A DNA stretch of 64,000 nucleotides from Pseudomonadota bacterium (GCA_043821645.1 JBDRCO010000046.1:32001-96000); one strand, 5' to 3'; shown: positions 18,147 to 28,834, counted from the stretch's first letter. Notes: generated by a model not told the origin, from the letters alone. Numbers and translations are program-made.

Positions 18147-21100
18147 TCAGGGTGTGGCAGGGGCGATCTGCAGCGTGTGGCCCGCGGAGTAGGCGGCGAA
18201 TTCGGGTGCGTACATGGGTTGCACCGTGGCCGGACCGACGCGGAAGGTGCCGGCCATGGCCGCGCGGATGCGGTACTTGAAGGTGTACTCGCCGACGGGC
18301 AGGCGCTCGAAGAAGAAGTTGGTGCCGCTGTCGCGGATCTCCTCGTACCAGTACAGGCCCAGGTTCCACTTGTGTCGGCTGGTGTTGTCGACGGGCTCGA
18401 AGCCGGCGCCCCGGGGATCCCGCAGGTGCACGTACTCGAGGGCGTGCTTCGAGGTCAGCGAGATCTGCACCTCGACCTCGTCGCCAGGCTGCAGCTTCTG
18501 CTTCTCGGCCAGGGGCTTGAGCACCACCTCGCGCCCCGACTTCTCGCGCAGGAAGTACTTCCGGGTCACACCCAAAAAGTCCCCGCGCGCCTCGTCGGGC
18601 AGCTTCTCGGTCGAAAAGTGCCAGGTCGAGGAGGCGAACATCACGCCCTTGGTGTCCTTCTCGACCTTCACCGTCGAGGACGTCTTGGGCTTGACGTCGG
18701 GTCCCGCGATCACGATCTGGTTCTTCTTGCCCGTGTACTGGTCGGGCTCGAAGACGAAGGTCTTCTCGACGTCACCGACCTGCACATGCGCTTCTTCGCG
18801 CACGCCAAGAGCCCCGGTGGCCTTGAGGTAGTGGGCCAGGGAGTACAGCACCTCGGCGGTGGCGCGGGTGCTTTTCCAGTGGTTGAGCTTCTTGTTCAAG
18901 AACAGCCACACCACCAGCCCGTCGAGCTTGGGGTTCTGCGGTTCCAGCTCCATCAGCGTGCGCAGGGCAAAGGCGTGGGTCTCGATGGTGTCGTTGTACC
19001 ACAGCCAGGATCGGTCCTCGGGCGCCCAGTAGGTGCCCTGGTCCTCGCTGGACTTGGCCGAGTCCATGACGCTTTGCCACACCAGACGCGCGTCGCCTGC
19101 GCGATCCATACGCTTGAGGGTCAGCGCCAGGTAGCCCTTGAGGTAGGGCGCGTGCTGCTTCCAGTGCTTGAAGCTGAAGTCGAGCATGGTGCGGCGATCG
19201 GCGTCGGAGAAGGCACCGCCTGTCCACGCCGTGTCGGGGAAATTGCCTATGGTGTAGTTCAAGAAGCTCACGAACTCCCAGCAGCCGTCGTGGGCCATGC
19301 AGGTCTTCACGTCGTCGCTGAGGTAGTGAGCCTTGAGATAGCCAAAGGCGCGCTGCACCACCTGCTGCGGCACGTCGACGCCGAACTCGACGGCCTTGCT
19401 CAGACCGTAGACCAGGTACAGGGTGATGTAGGGCGAGGGTGGGCCGCCCGGGAACCAGGGGAAACCACCCGAGGAGGTCTGGCTCTTTTTGAGCTTGCTC
19501 AGAGCGCCGTCGCGCTGGGCCGTGGCGATCGTGGGATCCAGCACGCGCAGCAGCTCGAAGCCCGGGTCGCGGCCGCCCTGGGCCTGCTGCAGCCAGGGTG
19601 TCTCCTCGAGGGCCATCTTGCGATTGGGATCCGGCGCGTCCCACTGCTCGAGCTGGGTCGAGCGCTCGCTCATCTTCTTGGCCATGGTGGCCACCGCCGG
19701 GTACTGGCCATACAGCGAGGTGAGGATGCCCGTCGACACGAAGCGGTTGAGGGTCTGCTCGGTGCACTCGTAGGGGTAGTTGACCAGGTAGGGCAGGCTG
19801 TCGAGGACGGCGTAGAACAGCTGCCCGTCGAGGGTGACCACCAGCTGCTCGTCGATGCGGCTGGGGTCGTCGTTCTGCTTGAGATCCTCGAACACCATCT
19901 CGCGTCGCGCCTTGTCCTTGAGCACCACGAAGCGCGACTGCATCAGGTGCATGCGGCTGGGCAGGATGGGCAGGGCGCGCTGCTCGCCGTCGACGCGCTT
20001 GCCCGCGCGAGCCACCACCTTGACCGCGATGCTGCCGACGCGCGCCGGGGTCTTCAGGGTGAAGCTCAGGTTGCTGCCACCCTGGGGTTTGACCGCAAAA
20101 ACCAGGCCGCGCGCCTGCTTGGCGTCGAGGCCGAACTCCTTGAGCAGGCTTTCGTTGCTGGCCGGATCGAAGATGTCCAGGTCCAGCTCGCCGCGCAGCT
20201 CCTCATCCGAGGCGTTGTTGACCACGACCTTGAGCACGGCCTGGTCGCCCTCGCGCAGAAAGCGCGGCAGGTAGGGCCTGACCATCAGCTCCTTGACCGT
20301 GCGGGCCTCCTTCTTCAGCGAGCCCGACATCAGGTCCTTGGTCACAGCGTGCACCCACACGTTCCACGAGGTCACCGAGTCCGGAACCTCGAACCTTATG
20401 CTCGCGGTGCCGTCGTCGCCGGTGACCAGGTGTGGCTCGAAGAACGCGGTCTCGGAGAAGTTCGAGCGCACGGGCGCGGCCTCGTCTGCCGGTGGAGGCG
20501 GTGGTGGCGGGGGCGCATCGCGTCCGTCTTTGTCTTTCGCGCCGTCGTCGCTGCGCGAGAGTTCTTCGGCCGGGGCCTCGGCCAGTCTCTCGTCGCCGGC
20601 CAGGGACTCGGACTTGGCCATGAGCTTGCGCGCCGGAGCTGCCGTCGAGGGCGAGGGAGGCATCAAGCCTTCGCGGTAGCGCCCGCCGTGACCGCCGCGC
20701 GCCCCCGGTCCACCAATGCCATAGCCCGACGGGAAGTTGAGTCTGTCGCCGTACAGCGAGGGGTAGCCCGGCGGCGAGCCGAAGCTGTAGCTGCGCACCC
20801 AGGTGGCGCCAACCTGCCCGAGGCTGGTGCGCAGACCGACGACACCCGTGTGCGAGGGATAGAGCGCCAGGGGGGAGGGCGGATTGTGGGGGGCAAAGCT
20901 GTCGAGGCTGCGGTCGTACATGTAGGCCAGCACCTCGGCGGCGGCCACCGCGCTGTCCTGACCCGCGGGACCCGTGACTTTGACCGTCCAGGTCTCTTTC
21001 TGACCCGGTTCCAGCTTGTCGCGGAAGGTCGTGAGCTCGAGGTCGAGTTGCTTGGAGTCCCAGGGGACGAAGATGGAGGCGGACTCCTGGATCAGCTGGT

Positions 21101-24100
21101 GGTCGTGGACCAGCCACAGGGTCACCCCGAACCCTCCGCGGTCCTTCTCGGTGATGGGGATCTCGATCAGCGCCCCATCGCTGCCAGCCACCATCTCACG
21201 GCGCTCGCTGCGCGAGCCGCGGCGAAAGATGTCCACGATCACCCGCTGCTTGTCGAGGCCGCTCAGGGCGAGGATGCGCGCGGTGCCGCCGACCTGCACC
21301 GAGCTCGACTCCACCAGCAACAGCTCGGGCAGGTGCAGATCGTGGGAGCCACCGCTGACCACGAACTCGTGGGCCAGCTGGTAGCGCGCGCCGAAGGCGT
21401 CCTGGGTCTGGTAGCGCAGGCGATAGGCTCCGGGCTTGAGCATGCCGAGCTCGAGGCCGGAGATGCCCTTGGCATCGTGGCTCAGCTCGCCGCGCGAGAT
21501 CTCGGCGCCGTCGGACCAGCGTCGCAGCTCGGCCTGGGCAGTGTAGCCGGTGGCCCAGCGCGGTCGCTGGCCGTCGCCCGTGGTGCGCAGGGGCTTGACG
21601 TCACCACTGGCCCGGGGCTCGGGCAGGGGCAGGTCGGCAGGGCTCAAGGTCTTGTCCGGCTGGCGCAGGGCCAGCAGGCGCCACGAACCAGGGCCAGCCT
21701 GGGGCGCGCCGTCGAGGTCGGTGCGGACCACCCGCAGGTTCACGGCCTGACCGGTGCGCTCGAACGCGTGCTCCTGCTCGACCCGGGCCTCCACCGCGAC
21801 GAAGCCCAGGCGGAAGGACCGGCTCGCCGTTCGCGTCTCGCCACCCTCGTCGATCACCTCGACGCTGACGCCGTAGCGGTAGGTCACGCCTGCCTGATCG
21901 GTGCCGTCGCGCTCGTCCGCGCGCGGGGTGAAGCGCAGGGTGAACGCGCCGCTGTCGTCGAGACTGCTGGTCCCTGCGGCCACGGTCTGCGGTGCACTGC
22001 GGTTGCCGCCCCACCAGCTCCACCACCACGGATACTGCGGTGTGCGCTGTACGCGCCAGCGCACCTGGCCGCTGGTCACGGGCAGGCCAAAGTAATAGCG
22101 CGCCTCGCCACGAACCTCTGCCTCGCGATTGAGGCGCAACGCCTCGGCGGGCTCCTTGAGCGTGGCCTCGAAGGTTGGTCGCTTGTACTCCTCGACCTTG
22201 ATCGCGGCGTAGCCGCTGAGCGACGAGCGCAGCTGCCAGTTGCCGAGGAGGCGTCCGGTCGGGATGTCGAACTCGCCCGAGGCGGTGCCAAAATCATTGG
22301 TGGTCAGTTCCTGGGTGGCCACCACCTGATGGTTGGGGTCCATCAGGTTGATGCTGACCTTCCGCTTGGTCGCCACCTTGAACTGACCCTCGTCCTGCTG
22401 GCCGCTGTAGACCAGGACCTTGAACTTCAGCTTCTGCAGGGGGCGGTAGATGCTGCGGTCAGTGTACAGGAGCGAGGCGGTCACCTCCCCTGGCTTGCCT
22501 GACTGGTAGAAATGATAGGAGCCCGGATCCAGCGCTGCCTCGCCGCCGCTGCGCGCCAGCACGAAGAACGAGTCGCCGGGCTTGCGCACAAAGCGCACCA
22601 GGCCATTGGCGCCCGTTCGCTCGCGCGCGACGCTGTGGTGTCGCTTGCGCCAGTCGTACTGGTACAGAAAGACCTCGACACCGGCGCGCGGACGTCCGCT
22701 GGAACCGGACACCGCCATCACCTCGAGCTTGTCGCCCGCCTGTTGCTGGGACACCAGCTCGAGGTCGCCGAGGATCACGGGCACGGCCTGGAGCTTGTTG
22801 CTGCCGCCGGAGAAGTCCTCGCGAGCCGAGGCGATGATGATGTAGAAGCCCGGCTCGCCCAGGGGTGGCGTGACGAAGCTGCGGTGCATGCGGAAATCGG
22901 TGGTGGCCTCGAGCTTCTCGCTCCACTTCTTGAGGGGTTTCTTGTCGACCAGCACCTCGAGCTGACGCTGGTCGAGGTACAGGTTGTAGTCCTGCTGGGA
23001 TTCGAGGTGGGCCTTGAGGTCTAGGCGGTGGGCGCGGAAGTACAGGGTGGTCAGGTTCTTGTAGGTCACACCCACGGCGCGCCGCTCGACACCGTCCTGG
23101 CGCATGGCCTCGAGGTTGTAGTCGGGCAGCTCGATGACGGCGGCGATGTGGCGGCCTCGCTGGCCCCCCACGCTGTCGGGAAAAGCCTCGACGGCCTGCA
23201 AGGCGATGCCGCGGGCGCGCACCAGGGCGTCGGGAGCCGGCTCCTCGCGCACCATCTCGGCCAGGGTGGCCATGCCCAGGGCCCACCAGGGTTTGCCGTC
23301 GACGCCCTTGAGGGCCGCGCGCAGTGCGTCGCGGAGGCGCGCACGATCCGCGTCGCCGGAGAAATGGCGGTGCAGCAGCTCCAGTCGGGTGCGGCGGGCT
23401 TCGAACGCGGCCTCGGGCTCCTGGCGACCCTGGTGCCAGCGCTCGAGGTCATCGAGCACGGCCGCCAGCTTGAGCAGGGGGTGGACCGCGGCGTCGAGCA
23501 AGCCCTTGTCGTCGGGCAAGCTCCCCTCGGCGTCGGCAGCGCCGCCACCGATGAGCAGGGGGAGCGAGAGCTGGTAGATCTCGTTCTGGTGTTCGGGGCG
23601 CCAGCGTCCGCTGTCCGCGAACTGATCGGCGCGCAGGTAGCTCAGGGTGTCGCGCAGCGTGGGCCGGATGTGTTGCGGATAGTTGTTGCGGGCCACGTAC
23701 TCGCTCAGCTTCTCGACGGCGGAGGAGCCCAGTTGCTCGCGCAGGGGCCACAGCTCCTGCAGAGCGCGCTGTGCCTCGCTGTGGATCTGCTCGTGGGTCC
23801 AGGCCTTGAGGTCCACCGCGGCGGTGGACTCGACCTTCTCGCGCTGGCGGATCTCCCAGCTGTACACCTGGGCGTACTGCTCGAGCAGCGAGGCGTAGTA
23901 GAGCGACAGGGTGGTGTGGCTGAGCAGCTCCTCGGGCCACTGCTGTTCGCGCAGGAAGCGCACGCTGGTCTCGTAACCGTGCAGCGCGCTGCGCAGCTGC
24001 ACCCAGCGGATCAGGCTACGAACCTGCTGCGGGCCATCCTGGGTCTGTCGAGCCTTGGCTAGCAGCTTCTCGACCAGGGTCGAGGCCTCCTCGTACTTCT

Positions 24101-24323
24101 GCTCGTCGGTCAGGGTGTCGTAGGCCTTCCAGCCTTCCGCGAAGGTCCCGCCGTAGGCTTCCACGGTGGGCATTCCGGCATCCCCTGCAGAGGTACTTCT
24201 CGTCGTCATGGCATCCACCTCCTGCGGTCGGGTGTCCACCGTGCTGCGGTTGGCCGAGCACGCCGCCAAGGCGAGCGCGACGATCGCGGGGAGTCCACAG
24301 CGCGCAAGATTTCTGGGAGTCAT
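18147..24323 (-). CDS. Bacterial alpha-2-macroglobulin (lipoprotein, thioester type)
   Basis: Lipobox ALAAC; MG2 TDRSIYRP, VEEYKRPTFE; RSNFSETAFFEP; LPRFLREGD; YPYECTEQ; GGFPWFPGG; C-terminal MYAPEF. Confidence 0.93.
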   Translation of the reverse strand: MTPRNLARCGLPAIVALALAACSANRSTVDTRPQEVDAMTTRSTSAGDAGMPTVEAYGGTFAEGWKAYDTLTDEQKYEEASTLVEKLLAKARQTQDGPQQVRSLIRWVQLRSALHGYETSVRFLREQQWPEELLSHTTLSLYYASLLEQYAQVYSWEIRQREKVESTAAVDLKAWTHEQIHSEAQRALQELWPLREQLGSSAVEKLSEYVARNNYPQHIRPTLRDTLSYLRADQFADSGRWRPEHQNEIYQLSLPLLIGGGAADAEGSLPDDKGLLDAAVHPLLKLAAVLDDLERWHQGRQEPEAAFEARRTRLELLHRHFSGDADRARLRDALRAALKGVDGKPWWALGMATLAEMVREEPAPDALVRARGIALQAVEAFPDSVGGQRGRHIAAVIELPDYNLEAMRQDGVERRAVGVTYKNLTTLYFRAHRLDLKAHLESQQDYNLYLDQRQLEVLVDKKPLKKWSEKLEATTDFRMHRSFVTPPLGEPGFYIIIASAREDFSGGSNKLQAVPVILGDLELVSQQQAGDKLEVMAVSGSSGRPRAGVEVFLYQYDWRKRHHSVARERTGANGLVRFVRKPGDSFFVLARSGGEAALDPGSYHFYQSGKPGEVTASLLYTDRSIYRPLQKLKFKVLVYSGQQDEGQFKVATKRKVSINLMDPNHQVVATQELTTNDFGTASGEFDIPTGRLLGNWQLRSSLSGYAAIKVEEYKRPTFEATLKEPAEALRLNREAEVRGEARYYFGLPVTSGQVRWRVQRTPQYPWWWSWWGGNRSAPQTVAAGTSSLDDSGAFTLRFTPRADERDGTDQAGVTYRYGVSVEVIDEGGETRTASRSFRLGFVAVEARVEQEHAFERTGQAVNLRVVRTDLDGAPQAGPGSWRLLALRQPDKTLSPADLPLPEPRASGDVKPLRTTGDGQRPRWATGYTAQAELRRWSDGAEISRGELSHDAKGISGLELGMLKPGAYRLRYQTQDAFGARYQLAHEFVVSGGSHDLHLPELLLVESSSVQVGGTARILALSGLDKQRVIVDIFRRGSRSERREMVAGSDGALIEIPITEKDRGGFGVTLWLVHDHQLIQESASIFVPWDSKQLDLELTTFRDKLEPGQKETWTVKVTGPAGQDSAVAAAEVLAYMYDRSLDSFAPHNPPSPLALYPSHTGVVGLRTSLGQVGATWVRSYSFGSPPGYPSLYGDRLNFPSGYGIGGPGARGGHGGRYREGLMPPSPSTAAPARKLMAKSESLAGDERLAEAPAEELSRSDDGAKDKDGRDAPPPPPPPPADEAAPVRSNFSETAFFEPHLVTGDDGTASIRFEVPDSVTSWNVWVHAVTKDLMSGSLKKEARTVKELMVRPYLPRFLREGDQAVLKVVVNNASDEELRGELDLDIFDPASNESLLKEFGLDAKQARGLVFAVKPQGGSNLSFTLKTPARVGSIAVKVVARAGKRVDGEQRALPILPSRMHLMQSRFVVLKDKARREMVFEDLKQNDDPSRIDEQLVVTLDGQLFYAVLDSLPYLVNYPYECTEQTLNRFVSTGILTSLYGQYPAVATMAKKMSERSTQLEQWDAPDPNRKMALEETPWLQQAQGGRDPGFELLRVLDPTIATAQRDGALSKLKKSQTSSGGFPWFPGGPPSPYITLYLVYGLSKAVEFGVDVPQQVVQRAFGYLKAHYLSDDVKTCMAHDGCWEFVSFLNYTIGNFPDTAWTGGAFSDADRRTMLDFSFKHWKQHAPYLKGYLALTLKRMDRAGDARLVWQSVMDSAKSSEDQGTYWAPEDRSWLWYNDTIETHAFALRTLMELEPQNPKLDGLVVWLFLNKKLNHWKSTRATAEVLYSLAHYLKATGALGVREEAHVQVGDVEKTFVFEPDQYTGKKNQIVIAGPDVKPKTSSTVKVEKDTKGVMFASSTWHFSTEKLPDEARGDFLGVTRKYFLREKSGREVVLKPLAEKQKLQPGDEVEVQISLTSKHALEYVHLRDPRGAGFEPVDNTSRHKWNLGLYWYEEIRDSGTNFFFERLPVGEYTFKYRIRAAMAGTFRVGPATVQPMYAPEFAAYSAGHTLQIAPATP

Positions 24324-24498
24324 GGTGAGCCCCGATGCGTGGTGATGAGGAGGACCAGGCAACAGGCGCATTGTCCTGGCGTCGGCCTCCGGGTGCAACT
24401 GGATGCAACGGATGAGCGATGGCTGCGATCTGGTCGCCGCAACCAAGCTGCCCCCGGTGCCGTCGGGCCGTGTCCGGGAGTGTGGGCGGGCAGCGCGC

Positions 24499-26490
24499 TC
24501 AGAACTGGACGGCGAACAGCCCCTGCACGGTCTGGGCGAACTTGGCCTCGCGGAAGTTCTCGCTCGATAGGGCCAGCTCCTTGCGGTGGCTCAGGCCCTG
24601 CCACGGGAACAGGATGCCGTAGGCCAGGCCGGCCACGAAGCCGTCGTCAGACTGGTAGAACAGGTGGGCGTTGAGCTCGGTGCCGAGCAGGTTGGAGTTG
24701 CCCGGTGTCGATGAGGCGTAGTGCGAGAAGCTCTGGATCACCGCACCGTTCACGCCCAGGCCCTCGGTGATGTAGTAGGTGACGTTGGGCTTGAGGTAGA
24801 TGGCGTCGGTGACCGTCCCCAGCACCTCGCGGAACAGGATCAGATCCACGTGGTAGTCGGGGTCGAACTTGAAGTTGGTGATGTCGGTGTCGTAGCGGGC
24901 GCAGCTGCCGTCGTCGCGGAACTCGAGGCAGGCGCCGTACTGGCGGCCGTCGAAGTCGCCGGGCTCGGGATCCTTGGCGCCCTGGGCCGCAGGGCGCAGA
25001 CCAAAGCCCGGGGCGTCGTCACCCGAGGCCATGCCCAGGTTGAGGCCCACGATCAGGCTGTCGTGCAGGAAGCTGTACGAACCCTCGAGGGCAAAGCCCC
25101 ACTGCAGGATGGTGATGGGATCGGAGTAGACATCCTCGGCGGTGATGCCGCCGCTGGTCGACATGTTGCCGATGGTGCCGTACATGCCCACGGCCTCGGC
25201 CTCGAGCTTGAGCTTGCGCCACTGGAACATGCCCCACAGCGACAGGATGAAGGCGTTGGCGTCGCGGCGCACGTAGGTGCCGGGCTGATCGCTGGCCAGC
25301 TCACCGTAAGGGAAGCTCGGGCTCATGTACCACTGCGGCTGGTCGTAGGACTGGGTGCGATACACGAAGTAGCCGCCGTAGTTGGCCACCCAGCCGTCGT
25401 TGGCCATCTGCTCCTCGATGTCCTCGGGCTTGTCGCGGCGAGCCACGGCCAGGATCCAGCTCTTGACGTCGTCCCGGGGGTCGAGGTCGATGCGCTGGCC
25501 GCCCTCGTTGGCCTGGGCGCGCAGGTTGCCGTCGCCGCCCAGGCGTCCGTTGGGGCCGGTGGCGGTGAAGTCCCAGGCCGGCACGATGTAGTGCCCGTAG
25601 AGTCGCGTCACGAACATGATGCGGTCCGCGCTGTCGCCGTAGTCGCTGTCGAGCTTGTTGCCGTCGTTGGCCAGCAGCCCGAGGCCAAAGTTGCTGGGCA
25701 CGCGGCCGAAGCGCAGCTGGCCAAAGGGCGTCATGACCTCGGCCCAGGCCCGCTTGATCGCAATGGAATCGGTGACGCCGTTGAGTCCCGCCTGGGGCGA
25801 CACCATGGAGCCGGTGAAAGCAGGCAGGGGCAGCGTCGGGTTGCCGGTGAACCCGGGCAGGGACTCCGGGGTCGAGCCCAGCACCAGGTTGTCGAAGATG
25901 TCGATGGTGGCGTGCAGGCTGATGTCCTCGGACACGTTGAGGATGGGCTGCACCCGCAGGCGCATGTTGGCGCTGGTCAGGGTGTTGGTGTTCTCGGCGT
26001 TGCGCCTGAACAGTGTCGGCGGCGGCACCGATGACGTGGCGCGGATGCGCGTGCCGGCGTTGGGATCCGCGCTGTTGACCGGGGCCTGATCGTCGTAGGT
26101 GCCCAGGTGCAGGCGATCAAACAGGTCCATGCGCGCGCGCAGGTAGCCGTCGAACTCCAGGAAGTTGAGCTTGGGCTTGATCTCCTCGATCCAGCTCTCC
26201 TCTTTCCAGGCGCTCTCGGCCTTCTTGCCGATCTGCATCTCGTCTTGAGATTTCTGGACCTCGGCCTGCATCTCCTCGCGCAGCTCGGCCTTGATCTGGG
26301 CCTTGAGCGCGTCGATGTCGACGGCAGTCGGCGCCGGTACGGTCTCGGTCACGGCGGGAGCGCTGTCCGGGGCATCAGCAGGCGCGCTCGCGGCTGCCTC
26401 GGGCTTTTCCGGGGTGGCCGTGGCAGGTGTCTGAGCCCGGAGCAGCGTGGGTGAGAGCGCCAGCAGCGCGGTCACGACGAGTCGCTTCAT
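24499..26490 (-). CDS. TIGR04551-like myxobacterial outer-membrane beta-barrel protein
   Basis: Signal peptide; KRAWAEVMTPFGQLRFGR..GLGLLANDG..DSDYGDSADR, NFKFDPDYHVDLILFRE; terminal aromatic residue (VQF). Confidence 0.8.
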   Translation of the reverse strand: MKRLVVTALLALSPTLLRAQTPATATPEKPEAAASAPADAPDSAPAVTETVPAPTAVDIDALKAQIKAELREEMQAEVQKSQDEMQIGKKAESAWKEESWIEEIKPKLNFLEFDGYLRARMDLFDRLHLGTYDDQAPVNSADPNAGTRIRATSSVPPPTLFRRNAENTNTLTSANMRLRVQPILNVSEDISLHATIDIFDNLVLGSTPESLPGFTGNPTLPLPAFTGSMVSPQAGLNGVTDSIAIKRAWAEVMTPFGQLRFGRVPSNFGLGLLANDGNKLDSDYGDSADRIMFVTRLYGHYIVPAWDFTATGPNGRLGGDGNLRAQANEGGQRIDLDPRDDVKSWILAVARRDKPEDIEEQMANDGWVANYGGYFVYRTQSYDQPQWYMSPSFPYGELASDQPGTYVRRDANAFILSLWGMFQWRKLKLEAEAVGMYGTIGNMSTSGGITAEDVYSDPITILQWGFALEGSYSFLHDSLIVGLNLGMASGDDAPGFGLRPAAQGAKDPEPGDFDGRQYGACLEFRDDGSCARYDTDITNFKFDPDYHVDLILFREVLGTVTDAIYLKPNVTYYITEGLGVNGAVIQSFSHYASSTPGNSNLLGTELNAHLFYQSDDGFVAGLAYGILFPWQGLSHRKELALSSENFREAKFAQTVQGLFAVQF

Positions 26491-26511
26491 GAAAAAACTC
26501 CTTGTAGAACA

Positions 26512-28014
26512 TCAGCGGGCCCAGGCGCTCATGCGCTGGGAGACCCGCAGCGAGAATTGGGTGCGCAGCACACGTCCGGTGGCCACATCGAACGCTGACA
26601 CGGTGATGATGCCCTCGATGTCGGCGCGCACCGTGACCAGCGCACGCTCGATGGGGGTCCCGTCGACCGCCAGGGAGATGGCCCCCAGCGCCTCGTTGTC
26701 GGACACGTACTCGTTCTCGCCCTGGTACATCACGAGTTCGCGCGTGTCCTGGCCCTCGAAGGCAATCTCGAAGCTGCCCTCACAGGGCAGCATGGTGTTG
26801 CGCTTGATCAAGGGGACCATGGTTCCGCGCTCGCCGGCGATCCCCACGCTGGCTGGCAGCACATCGAGCATGCGCATCGCACGGTCGGTACCCAGGCTGG
26901 CGGCGAAGCTCGCGGCACCCACGGCCACCGCCTCTTGGGGGTGAACGGCGTGCGAGAGCTTGATGCCAAAGGCTTCCTTGAGGGCCTCGCGGACCCTCGG
27001 CACGCGCGTCGAACCGCCCACCAGCAGCACGTGGTCGATCTCCTGCTCGTGCAGCCCGCTGTCGCGCAGCGTGTTGCGGGCGATCTCGATCGAACGTTCG
27101 ATCAGGCGGGCGATGCGGGACTCGAAGGCCGAGCGTGTGTACATCAAGCGCACGTCCGAGCCCGGGAACAGCTGAGGCATCATGCGCTCGACCTTGTCGA
27201 TGTCGCTGAGCTCCCGCTTCATGCTCTCGGCCTCGAGCAGCAAGCGGCGCAGCGCCACGGGCTCCTCCCGCACGGCACGCCCACACTGCATCAGGATCTG
27301 GGACTCCAGGTCCTCGACGATGGCATTGTCGAAGTCGAGACCTCCGAGCAGCGGGTGGCCACCCACGGCCAGGATCTCGTGCACGTCCTCCTCGATGCGC
27401 AGCACCGTGACGTCGAAGGTGCCGCCGCCGAGGTCGTAGATCATGACCCGCTCGCCGGGCTTGGCGCGGGCGCCATAGGCCACGCTGGCGGCCGTGGGCT
27501 CGGTGAGCACGCGCACGACGTCGATCTCGGCGCGGGTGGCAGCGGCGTGAATGGCCCGGCGCTGGGCCGCACCGAAGTGTGCCGGGGCCGTGACCACGGC
27601 GCTGATCACCGAGGCCCCGGTGGCGGCGCGGGCGCGATCCCGCAGCTCGCTGAACACGGCCGTGGCGATCTCACCCGGCGAGTAATGCCGCCCGTCGACG
27701 GACACTGCGCAGTAGCGCTGGTCGTCGGGCTCGATGCTGTAAGCCACGGTCTGGCGGAACTGCTGCACCACGTGCGTGTCGAAGCCTCGTCCGAGCAGGC
27801 GCTTGACGCCCACGACGGTGCGGTCGGGCTCCAGGATGCTGCGCTGGACAGCGCGCTCGCCCACCAGCCGTTCCCCCTCCTGTCCCAGGTAGACAACCGT
27901 GGGAGTGACCCGTTCACCGCCCCCCGTCTCGATCACGCGGGTATTGGTCCCGTCGCTCACCGCGATGGTGCTGTAGGTGGTCCCGAAGTCGACGCCAAAC
28001 ACCAGCTCGCTCAT
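26512..28014 (-). CDS. Hsp70 family protein (DnaK-like, no C-terminal lid)
   Basis: GVDFGTTYS, TEPTAA, YDLGGGTFDV, LGGLDFD, LVGGSTRVP, EAVAVGA; 500 aa. Confidence 0.9.
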   Translation of the reverse strand: MSELVFGVDFGTTYSTIAVSDGTNTRVIETGGGERVTPTVVYLGQEGERLVGERAVQRSILEPDRTVVGVKRLLGRGFDTHVVQQFRQTVAYSIEPDDQRYCAVSVDGRHYSPGEIATAVFSELRDRARAATGASVISAVVTAPAHFGAAQRRAIHAAATRAEIDVVRVLTEPTAASVAYGARAKPGERVMIYDLGGGTFDVTVLRIEEDVHEILAVGGHPLLGGLDFDNAIVEDLESQILMQCGRAVREEPVALRRLLLEAESMKRELSDIDKVERMMPQLFPGSDVRLMYTRSAFESRIARLIERSIEIARNTLRDSGLHEQEIDHVLLVGGSTRVPRVREALKEAFGIKLSHAVHPQEAVAVGAASFAASLGTDRAMRMLDVLPASVGIAGERGTMVPLIKRNTMLPCEGSFEIAFEGQDTRELVMYQGENEYVSDNEALGAISLAVDGTPIERALVTVRADIEGIITVSAFDVATGRVLRTQFSLRVSQRMSAWAR

Positions 28015-28292
28015 GCGGGCCCCCTGGATGTCGCGGCCAACCTGCGCAGGGCGTCTCCCACTTCGCCCAGGCGGTCATACTGGACGAGGGATCGCTCGAT
28101 GTGCGGGACCAGATGCTCGACGTGCTCGGGCTGCAGGTGCAGGGGGTCGAGCTGGATGGCGTGGCTGGCGTACTTGATCACGGCCACCGCAATGATGCGC
28201 CCCAGGACCGGTTCCAGCACGCGCAGCACGTCAAGAGCTGTCGGGGACAGCGCCTCGAGCTGCGGTCGGACCGAGCGCACTGTGTTGGCCAT
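28011..28292 (-). CDS. Small hypothetical protein coupled to Hsp70
   Basis: MANTVRS.. 93 aa; stop overlaps Hsp70 ATG (ATGA). Confidence 0.6.
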   Translation of the reverse strand: MANTVRSVRPQLEALSPTALDVLRVLEPVLGRIIAVAVIKYASHAIQLDPLHLQPEHVEHLVPHIERSLVQYDRLGEVGDALRRLAATSRGPA

Positions 28293-28429
28293 CGGGATCC
28301 CTGAATCCGCGTCCAGCAGCCAGCGCCACCCGTCGCAGCACCGTCGAGCGGACGTGGCGTGCACGTCAGGCGCGCGATGTTGTCACAGCACAGACACGGG
28401 CGCTACCCCCGAGACGGGGTGGCGGATGT

Positions 28430-28834
28430 TCACGGACCAGGCTGACTCAGCTCGACCAGCACCCCTCCGCTCGCCTTGGGGTGCACGAAGCCCACGCGCG
28501 CGCCGTCGGCCCCGGGTCGAGCCTGGCGGTCGATGAGCCTGGTGCCTCCCTCGCCAAGCCGAGTCAGCTCGGCATCCACCGCGTCGCTGAGCAGGCACAG
28601 GTGGTGAAGACCGGGGCCGCGGCTGTGCAGCGTGCGGGCGATCTCGCTGTCCTCGCGGGTCGAGGCGATGAGTTCGAGGCGGGTGTCGCCCAGGGGCAGC
28701 ATGGCCACGCGCAGGCCACGCTCGGGCAGGTCCTCGACGTGGGTGACCTCGAGGCCGAGGGCGTCGCGCCAGAAGGCCAGGGCTCGATCCAGGTCCTCGA
28801 CGGCAATGCCGATGTGATCGATGCGGCGGGTCAT
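28430..28834 (-). CDS. mce: Methylmalonyl-CoA epimerase (VOC family)
   Basis: IDHIGIAVEDL, LELI, GPGLHHLC, GADGARVGFVHPKASGGVLVEL. Confidence 0.88.
   Translation of the reverse strand: MTRRIDHIGIAVEDLDRALAFWRDALGLEVTHVEDLPERGLRVAMLPLGDTRLELIASTREDSEIARTLHSRGPGLHHLCLLSDAVDAELTRLGEGGTRLIDRQARPGADGARVGFVHPKASGGVLVELSQPGP

Noticed and set aside
17850-22502. 1550-aa plus-strand ORF, and similar long antisense ORFs such as 59384..63517 and 3531..5609
   Set aside because: Shadow ORFs opposite well-supported genes, typical of high-GC codon bias
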